The notes beneath the pieces were generated by a model. The model ran no database searches. It saw nothing but the letters and a program-made list of their open reading frames with translations, and had not been told where the DNA came from. The position numbers and the translations under genes are program-made. A stretch of DNA of 64,000 bases. Source: Candidatus Omnitrophota bacterium (lineage in GTDB: Bacteria > Omnitrophota > Gorgyraeia > Duberdicusellales > 4484-171). Within the stretch, counting starts at the first letter, position 1. Each line of letters begins with the position of its first letter. Location of the stretch: NCBI GenBank assembly GCA_041652815.1, contig JBAZGN010000005.1:8615-72614 (forward strand). Direction: 5' to 3'. Positions 57,284 to 64,000 of the stretch are shown piece by piece.

Positions 57284-60200
57284 ATGATTCCATTTCTTAT
57301 ATTACTTATGATCGGTGGCGTTGGTGCAGGGCTTTATGTGCTTTTATCTCCTTCTGGAGAAAAAGGTAAAGTTCCGGATATACAAAAAGAAGATTATGAA
57401 GCAACCATTAGAAGGCTTCAGGATAAAATAAGTTCTCTTAAGGAGAATGTTTCTTCGCTGAATACAAAACTAAAAAAAACCGATGAAAGTATAAAGAGCC
57501 TTGAAAAACAACTGCAGGCGCAGGAGAAAGAAAAAGCTGAGCTGGAAAAAATCATAGAGAAGCAGAAAAAATGGGAGGAATTAGGGACTAAAGATACGGG
57601 AAAAATAAAACAGCAGGCGATGGAATTTAAGGATAAGCTTCAGGAGAAAGAGAAAGAATTAGAGAAAAAGTTTTCAGAAAATGTAAAGCTGACGAGAGAA
57701 ATAAAAGAGTTAAGCGATAATATAGAGTCTCTTACTAAAAGCAATAACGAAAAAGAAGAGGAAATAAGAGTATTAAAATTTAAATTAAAGGATTATCTTT
57801 CGAAACTGCAGGAGCAGACAAAAACAACGCACGGTTTAAAAAGAAAGCTGGAGCAAAGCGATTGGGTAACGAAAGATGAGTACAAAGAGCTAAAAGGAAA
57901 CTTTGATTCGTTGGAGAAGGAAATAGAGGAGAAGAAAAAAATATTATTGGCCAAAGATGAGCGGCTTAACGAATTAGAAGCAAAAGTGCATCAATTAAAT
58001 GCTCAATTGACAGCTAAAGCAAAAGAAGTTCCGTCTAAGGATGCTTTACCTGAAGAAGGGGCTGATAAGAGTGTAGCAGGGCCTGCCGAGCAAGTTGAGC
58101 CGAAGCTTCTTGAGTCTACGCCTGAACCAAGTAAGGCTTTAGAGGCAACTTCTGAGAGCCTACCTACGCAACCGCAACCAGCGCTACAACCAGAAGCTGT
58201 TGAGGCGCCTCAGTTGGAAAATCCGATAAAGGAAGAAATCGAAACCAAGCCTAGCGAAGAAGCGCCGGTGGATTTGTCCGTTGAGCCAACACCAGAGCAA
58301 CCAGAAGAAAAAATAGATTTATCTGTAGACCTTAGCAAGGTAAGGAATATAGGTATTATGGCGCATATTGACGCCGGAAAAACCACACTTACGGAACGCC
58401 TGCTTTTTTATACAGGAAAGATCCACAAAGTTGGTGAAGTCCATGATGGTAAAGCAACTATGGATTGGATGAAGCAGGAACGCGAGCGCGGTATCACCAT
58501 AACTGCAGCTGCAACTACCTGTTTCTGGCTTGATACGCGAATCAATGTTATCGACACCCCGGGACACGTTGATTTTACCGCTGAGGTTGAACGAAGTCTG
58601 CGCGTCCTTGACGGTGCGGTTGTAGTGTTTTGCGCGGTTGGAGGAGTTGAAGCGCAGTCAGAAACTGTGTGGAGGCAATCCGATAAATACCATGTTTCAA
58701 AAATGGTATTTGTAAATAAAATGGACCGTCTCGGAGCTGATTTTTACAAGGTTCTGGGTGAAATAGAAGAAAAACTAGCAGCTAACGCAGTACCGGTAGA
58801 AATCCCTATCGGCGCGGAAGCTGAATTTAAAGGTGTGATTGATTTAATAGAAATGAAATCCTACATGTATGGTACGGACGAAGATGTGAAAAAAGTAGCT
58901 GCAGAGGATATACCTTCGGAGTATTTGGAAATTGCAAAAAAATGGCGGCATAATTTATTGGAGAAGGCTTGCTCTTTGGACGAATCCTTGGCGGATAAAT
59001 ATTTGAAAGATGAAAGTTCGGTAACCGAGGAAGAATTAAAATCAGCCATAAGAAAAGCTACTATTGCCAATAAAATTATTCCTATGCTTTGCGGCTCAGC
59101 GCTAAAAAATAAGGGGTTACAAAAGCTTCTGGATGGGGTAACATTTTATCTGCCTTCTCCGGTAGACCTTCCAGCGGTTATCGGGCATGACCCAAAGGAT
59201 AGCAGTAGCATAATTAAAGTTTCTCCTTCTGTGAATGAGCCTTTTGCCGCTCTTGCTTTTAAAATACAGTCAGACCCGCATGTTGGTAAGCTTGTATATT
59301 TCAGAGTATATTCTGGTTATCTTGCGGCTGGCTCATATATTTTAAACAGCACCAAAAATAAAAAAGAAAGAGTGGGAAGGCTTTTGCAAATGCACGCAAA
59401 TCAGAAAGAAAACAGAAGCTCTATTTGTGCGGGCGATATCGGCGCGGCAGTGGGCCTAGGTTCAACTGTAACCGGAGACACACTCTGCGCAGAAACACGC
59501 CCGGTAATCTTAGAAGCTATAGAATTTCCTGAGCCGGTAGTTTCCATAAGCATAAAACCAAAGACAAGGCAGGACCAGGATAGATTAGGCAAAGCCATAA
59601 TGAAACTTGTAGAAGAAGACCCGACTTTTGCTTTTGAAACCGATGAAGAGACGAATGAAATCCTTCTCTCGGGGATGGGAGAATTGCATTTGGAAATTAT
59701 GGTAGACAGATTAAAGGAGGAGTTTAATGTCCAGGCAGAAGTAAGCCCTCCTAAGGTTGCTTATAAAGAAACCATTCTAAAAGCAGTGACAGGTGAATAT
59801 AAACATATAAAGCAAACAGGAGGACATGGCCAGTATGGCCATGTAGTTATAGAATTTTCTCCTAACGAAAAAGGCAAAGGCTTTATTTTTGAGACTAAAA
59901 TAAAAGGCGGAGCAATACCGCAAAATTTTATACCTTCAATAGAAAAAGGCTTAAAGGAAGTTATGAAAAAAAGCGTATATGCGGGATATCCCGCCGTAGA
60001 TATAAAGGCAACATTGCTTGATGGTTCTTTCCACGAGGTTGATTCTTCGGATATAGCTTTCAGGCTTGCAGCCATGGGTTGTTTTAGGGAAACTTTTCCA
60101 AAGGCAGATCCCGTGCTCATTGAGCCTTATATGCGTATTGAGGTTCTGACCCCCGAAGAATATTTAAGCAGTATCGTGGGTTATATATGCTCTAAGAGAG

Positions 60201-60418
60201 GCAAGATTATAAATATAGAAGACAAAAGTAATCAAAAACTCGTCATATCAGAAGCTCCGCTTTCGGAAATGTTCGGCTATTCCCAGATTTTCCGCTCGCT
60301 TTCCAGCGGCCGCGCAACTTTTGCGATGGAATTTTCAAAATACGAGCCGCTCCCTTCGAACTTAGCAGAAAAAATTGTCGCAGAAAAAAAGAAAGAGAGA
60401 GAAGAACAGAACAAATAG
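57284..60418 (+). CDS. Membrane-anchored coiled-coil::EF-G fusion (N-terminal TM helix, ~230-aa coiled coil, Pro/Glu/Ala-rich linker, complete EF-G-like GTPase domains I-V)
   Basis: 1044 aa. [21 protein letters not shown] is a TM helix. Residues ~30-250 form heptad-rich K/E repeats. From ~345 on: [28 protein letters not shown], and the domain-IV loop GSFHEVDSS, diagnostic of EF-G-type translocases. Confidence 0.85.
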   Translation: MIPFLILLMIGGVGAGLYVLLSPSGEKGKVPDIQKEDYEATIRRLQDKISSLKENVSSLNTKLKKTDESIKSLEKQLQAQEKEKAELEKIIEKQKKWEELGTKDTGKIKQQAMEFKDKLQEKEKELEKKFSENVKLTREIKELSDNIESLTKSNNEKEEEIRVLKFKLKDYLSKLQEQTKTTHGLKRKLEQSDWVTKDEYKELKGNFDSLEKEIEEKKKILLAKDERLNELEAKVHQLNAQLTAKAKEVPSKDALPEEGADKSVAGPAEQVEPKLLESTPEPSKALEATSESLPTQPQPALQPEAVEAPQLENPIKEEIETKPSEEAPVDLSVEPTPEQPEEKIDLSVDLSKVRNIGIMAHIDAGKTTLTERLLFYTGKIHKVGEVHDGKATMDWMKQERERGITITAAATTCFWLDTRINVIDTPGHVDFTAEVERSLRVLDGAVVVFCAVGGVEAQSETVWRQSDKYHVSKMVFVNKMDRLGADFYKVLGEIEEKLAANAVPVEIPIGAEAEFKGVIDLIEMKSYMYGTDEDVKKVAAEDIPSEYLEIAKKWRHNLLEKACSLDESLADKYLKDESSVTEEELKSAIRKATIANKIIPMLCGSALKNKGLQKLLDGVTFYLPSPVDLPAVIGHDPKDSSSIIKVSPSVNEPFAALAFKIQSDPHVGKLVYFRVYSGYLAAGSYILNSTKNKKERVGRLLQMHANQKENRSSICAGDIGAAVGLGSTVTGDTLCAETRPVILEAIEFPEPVVSISIKPKTRQDQDRLGKAIMKLVEEDPTFAFETDEETNEILLSGMGELHLEIMVDRLKEEFNVQAEVSPPKVAYKETILKAVTGEYKHIKQTGGHGQYGHVVIEFSPNEKGKGFIFETKIKGGAIPQNFIPSIEKGLKEVMKKSVYAGYPAVDIKATLLDGSFHEVDSSDIAFRLAAMGCFRETFPKADPVLIEPYMRIEVLTPEEYLSSIVGYICSKRGKIINIEDKSNQKLVISEAPLSEMFGYSQIFRSLSSGRATFAMEFSKYEPLPSNLAEKIVAEKKKEREEQNK

Positions 60419-60458
60419 AGATTTGACCTGCCTATTTTGAATAAACAATCAATTTCTA

Positions 60459-60531
60459 TGAATTTCGCAAAGCAAATCTCAATTAATTTCAATTGAGATT
60501 GATAGAAATTTGTAGAAATTGATAGAAATTT
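60459..60531. repeat. AT-rich iteron-like repeats: AATTTCTAT inverted versus 2x TTGATAGAAATTT plus GTAGAAATT
   Basis: CAATTTCTATGAATTT ... ATTGATAGAAATTTGTAGAAATTGATAGAAATTTATCG. Lies in a ~350-bp AT-rich spacer. Confidence 0.45.
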
Positions 60532-60766
60532 ATCGTCGCGATCTTGACAAAAATATATTTTTGAATATAATTTTATTTCCGTTATGGTTTGGAAAATTTT
60601 TTCTTCTAAAGCATTAGAATATAAATAATTGTCTTCATACAACTCTTACAGTAAAAATATTCTTCTGCTTGATAAGATTCTAAAAATTTTCTACAGCCTA
60701 GTAATTTAATATTAAAAATTTAAGCTTGCGGCTATAATTTTATAAATAACCGCAAAAAGGCAGGTT

Positions 60767-61048
60767 GTGATGTCTTGGTTTAAACTTTCCTGGCTGTGTA
60801 GAATTTTCGGCCATCATTTTGTATTAATTAGAGATTTACGGATAAGCCTTAAAAGAGAAAGGCTTATCTACAGGTGCGTAAGATGCAACCACCCGGTGAT
60901 AATAAGGCAATCTGAGCACAGAAGGTTTGAACGCCGCAATAAGGTTGACAGAAGGAATGCGTTTCGCGGTCAATATGACAGGCGGCAATACGAAAGAAGG
61001 GGCGTTTACGTTTCGGGGCATGATATGCCGCACCTTTTGGGTAGATAA
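60767..61048 (+). CDS. Hypothetical small Cys/His plus Arg-repeat protein, 93 aa
   Basis: C-x4-HH ... C-x2-C, then (D/E)RR repeats (RRFERRNKVDRRNAFRGQYDRRQYERRG). No clear RBS. The coding status is uncertain. Confidence 0.3.
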   Translation: MMSWFKLSWLCRIFGHHFVLIRDLRISLKRERLIYRCVRCNHPVIIRQSEHRRFERRNKVDRRNAFRGQYDRRQYERRGVYVSGHDMPHLLGR

Positions 61049-61248
61049 AACATAAATCCAGCCAAATAACTGCAATTCCAAAGCCATAACCAGCGTTTTC
61101 TGTTTTTTCTCAAAGATGCCAAATTGCCGCTTGTAATTCATTTATAAAATGCTATTATATTTACGGTTTTAGGGTGTTTACTTAAAAAACGGCTTATCGC
61201 TTGTAAGGTAATATTATGGGTGTAAAGCTTACAAGAAAGGAGGTTTTT

Positions 61249-61692
61249 ATGAGTAAGGTGAAGTCGGAATTAATAATAATGCTTAATAAAGCTCTTGAAC
61301 TGGAACATGCGGCAAGGATACAGTATCTTGCTCACGCAGAACTTATCAGCGGCATCAATGCAGAAAAAATTATCGAGCGTCTCAAAGAAATAGCATCAGA
61401 CGAAGAAAAGCATGAGGGAAAATTCCGTGGATTAATCGGCGATTATCTTGGCGGAGAACCAGTGATGAGCCTTGCAGAAACCCATAAGGCAAAAGATTTG
61501 AAAAAGATATTAGATGTAAATCTTAAAGGCGAAAAAGACGCGATTGATTTTTACAAACAAATTTACCAAAAGGTCATTGAGAATAAAGAAGAATTTCAGT
61601 ATCAATTTGAAACTCTTGAGCATGAAATACGGCATGTAATAATAGATGAGCAAGAGCATGTGACCGAGTTAGAATTGTTATTAGGAAAATAA
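61249..61692 (+). CDS. Ferritin-like diiron-carboxylate protein
   Basis: 147 aa. Repeated E-x-x-H motifs (ELEHAA, EEKHEG, LEHEIRH, EQEHV). I moved the start to the ATG at 61249 with RBS aaggaggtttttATG. An inverted repeat CTTGTAAG...CTTACAAG lies immediately upstream. Confidence 0.7.
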   Translation: MSKVKSELIIMLNKALELEHAARIQYLAHAELISGINAEKIIERLKEIASDEEKHEGKFRGLIGDYLGGEPVMSLAETHKAKDLKKILDVNLKGEKDAIDFYKQIYQKVIENKEEFQYQFETLEHEIRHVIIDEQEHVTELELLLGK

Positions 61693-61779
61693 ATATTTAA
61701 AAGCTATCAGCTGTCAGCCTTCTGCTCTCAGCTGAAAGCTGAAGACTGAAAGCTGATGGCTTTTCGAAAGGAGATAAAT

Positions 61780-62175
61780 ATGCCTGACTTTAAAGACCTA
61801 TTCCAAAGCGCTGACTGGAAAGCCGAGAAACATGTCCCGGCAATTGAATCACCGGAAAAAGCGAAAAAGGGGGAGTTTTTTAAGGTAGCCGTTAGCGTGG
61901 GCAAGGAAATTGCTCACCCAAACAAAACAGAACACCATATCCGCTGGATTGACATATTTTTTCATCCAAAAGGAGAAAAATTTCCTTACCAGATAGCAAA
62001 AGTAGAATTTAATGCTCATGGCGAATCTGTCCAGGGGCCAGATACAAGTTCAATATACACACACCACGAAACTGTCGTAAGTTTCAAAACGGAAAAGCCA
62101 GGCACTATTTTCGCTTCAAGTTATTGCAATATCCATGGTTTATGGCAGGCTTCAAAAGAGATTGATGTTGAATAA
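61780..62175 (+). CDS. sor: Superoxide reductase (1Fe-SOR / neelaredoxin-type)
   Basis: KHVP motif, His ligands (HPNKTEHHIRWI), and C-x2-H (CNIHGLW). Start at the ATG at 61780 with RBS aaggagataaatATG. Confidence 0.85.
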   Translation: MPDFKDLFQSADWKAEKHVPAIESPEKAKKGEFFKVAVSVGKEIAHPNKTEHHIRWIDIFFHPKGEKFPYQIAKVEFNAHGESVQGPDTSSIYTHHETVVSFKTEKPGTIFASSYCNIHGLWQASKEIDVE

Positions 62176-62456
62176 ATTATACACGCAAACTTCATTTTTT
62201 GACGAATATCAATTTTTTTAGCTGCGATAGGTTCTCTTATATAAATCAGTACTGTAAGAAATAAAATAATATTGCGTAACATTTAGCGCAATCTCTGCCT
62301 CGGCAATAAACTAACCACTTGGGGCTTTAGCGTCTGCTTCCTTGAATAGCACCTCACGAAATGGCTGGTTACGCTTACTGTGATTCTCTTGTGTTTAAAT
62401 AAACTTATCGATTAGCGCTTTACAGCCTGGAATAAAGGGTATTATAATAAAATAAT

Positions 62457-64000
62457 ATGTTTTCAGAGCTTACAATAAAAATTGCCGGAGAAGCCGGCCA
62501 GGGAATGCAAACCGTTGGTTTAAACCTATGCAGGCTTTTTAAGTGTATTGGTTTTTATGTTTTTGCTAATCAGGATTATATGTCACGCGTGCGCGGCGGA
62601 AATAATTTTTTTCAATTACGCATAGCAAATAAACCGCTTTATGCCTTAAGGAAAAACAGCGATATAATCGTAGCGTTAGATGAGCCTAGCGTAGGGATGC
62701 ATAAGCCAACGCTTAATAAGGATGGAATAATAATTATAGACAGGAAAAAAAATAACATCGCCCAAGAGAGCCCGTTTGTAGATATTCCTATGCATGAAAT
62801 AGCAAAGAATCTGGGGAATGAAATATTTGTTAATTCCGTAGCTTACGGTGCTATAGGAAGTATTGTCGGCGCAGAGATAGATTGTATGATTGAAATCATT
62901 CAAAAGAATTTTTCTGCTAAAAATGCAGATGTAATTGCAAAGAACATAGAAGCGGTAAAGGCAGGGTATATGTTTGCCAAAGATAACATAAAGGAAGAGC
63001 GACTTAAGATAAAACAAAACAAAAATAAAAAAACAATGCTTCTAAACGGTAACGAAGCAATTGCCCTGGCAGCCGTACGCTCAGGGTGTAAATTTTATTC
63101 AGCTTACCCAATGACGCCTTCAACAAGTATAATGAATGAAATGGCAGCTTATTCAGGGCAATTCAATATTATCGTAGAACAGGCTGAAGATGAGATTGCC
63201 GCAGTAAATATGGCAATTGGAGCTTCATTTGCCGGCGCACGTTCAATGACAGCTACTTCAGGAGGCGGATTTTGTCTGATGGTTGAGGGGGTCAGCCTTT
63301 CGGCAATGACAGAGACCCCGGTTGTAATAGTGGATGCCCAGCGTCCCGCGCCTGCTACGGGTTTTCCTACACGCACAGAACAGGCAGACCTTCTTTTTGT
63401 GCTCCAGGCCGGCCATGGAGAGTTTGCCAAGGCAATTTTTTCTCCGGGTACAGCCGAAGAAACTTTTTATATTACGATGCGTGCGTTTAATCTGGCTGAA
63501 AAATACCAAATACCTGTATTTATTATGACTGACCAGTATCTCGCTGACTCTTACCGCAACATTGATATGTTTAATTGGGATACTGTTAAAGTAGAGAGGT
63601 CGATTATCCCCAAAGAATTATCAAAAAAAATATCCGGTTATAAAAGATATGAATTTAACGAAAATGGTATATCGCCCCGTGCGATACCTTCCTGGATAAA
63701 CGGTGTGGTTTATGCCGACAGCGATGAGCATACTGAAGAGGGGCATATTACGGAAGATGCTTCAATACGCATAAAAATGGTTGAAAAAAGAATGCATAAA
63801 AAAATGCGGGGTTTGATGGAGGAAGCAATAAAACCAAATACTTTTAATATAGAAAAAGCACAAATAGTGCTGATAGGATTCGGTTCAACGTATGGTGTTC
63901 TTCGCGAAATTTGCGAAGTTTATCCTGACAAGTTTGGTTTTATACATTTTCCTCAAGTATGGCCGTTGCCTGCGGATAGCGTGGTTAAATTCTTGAGAGA
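62457..64000 (+). CDS. 2-oxoacid:ferredoxin oxidoreductase, fused gamma-alpha subunit (KorA/VorA-like); 3' partial at window end
   Basis: N-terminal gamma domain (IAGEAGQGMQTVG...ANQDYMSRVRGG). Then the alpha subunit N-terminus (LNGNEAIALAAVRSGCKFYSAYPMTPST) and the TPP-binding region. The ORF stays open to position 64000. It is absent from the track because it has no in-window stop. Confidence 0.8.
   Translation, partial: MFSELTIKIAGEAGQGMQTVGLNLCRLFKCIGFYVFANQDYMSRVRGGNNFFQLRIANKPLYALRKNSDIIVALDEPSVGMHKPTLNKDGIIIIDRKKNNIAQESPFVDIPMHEIAKNLGNEIFVNSVAYGAIGSIVGAEIDCMIEIIQKNFSAKNADVIAKNIEAVKAGYMFAKDNIKEERLKIKQNKNKKTMLLNGNEAIALAAVRSGCKFYSAYPMTPSTSIMNEMAAYSGQFNIIVEQAEDEIAAVNMAIGASFAGARSMTATSGGGFCLMVEGVSLSAMTETPVVIVDAQRPAPATGFPTRTEQADLLFVLQAGHGEFAKAIFSPGTAEETFYITMRAFNLAEKYQIPVFIMTDQYLADSYRNIDMFNWDTVKVERSIIPKELSKKISGYKRYEFNENGISPRAIPSWINGVVYADSDEHTEEGHITEDASIRIKMVEKRMHKKMRGLMEEAIKPNTFNIEKAQIVLIGFGSTYGVLREICEVYPDKFGFIHFPQVWPLPADSVVKFLR

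Overview
Low-GC (~40%) bacterial chromosomal window in which every credible gene is on the + strand. It is dominated by nutrient-assimilation modules. (1) A trehalose locus (otsB-like phosphatase, unknown gene, TreT-like GT4) followed by an orphan rnfA and three micro-ORFs. (2) A nitrogen block: sigma factor, glnB, amt, glnK, porin, glnA, GATase1, Fis-type HTH, gltB, gltD, an unusual 857-aa RecA/KaiC-like plus PEP-utilizing-enzyme-N-domain protein, pyrG, carA, carB. (3) A phosphate block: phoB/phoR, Pho-box-like repeat clusters, a porin, two tandem pstSCAB-phoU systems, an arsC-type gene inside the first operon, and paired PstB subunits with complementary degenerate motifs in the second. (4) A nikR-yezD-porin unit followed by two small membrane-protein paralogs. 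(5) An OprB-like porin with an MFS sugar porter and a PAS histidine kinase. (6) An arsenic island: Cys-rich DUF134 regulator, arsP, arsM, thioredoxin-like genes, ccdA, acr3, arsC. (7) A DEAD-box helicase followed by a 1044-aa membrane-anchored coiled-coil::EF-G fusion. (8) Oxidative-stress and anaerobic genes: ferritin-like protein, superoxide reductase, fused gamma/alpha 2-oxoacid:ferredoxin oxidoreductase running off the window end. The non-coding space is unusually rich in small repeat families: two paralogous GC-rich structured RNA-like elements sharing a 45-nt motif; a MITE/REP-like element with GTATCACGTAAC termini that splits gltB|gltD and carA|carB; a nested-palindrome element (TTCCGCCAGAGGCGGATCCGCC...) in two nitrogen-gene spacers; GTAACC heptamer arrays; and several inverted-repeat operator candidates. 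No CRISPR array, rRNA or tRNA, and no classical mobile element (transposase or integrase), was seen. The strongest novelty candidates are the membrane-tethered EF-G fusion, the 857-aa pseudo-ATPase/ATP-grasp protein inside the nitrogen cluster, the paired structured-RNA elements, and the NikR-linked porin plus small membrane-protein pair.
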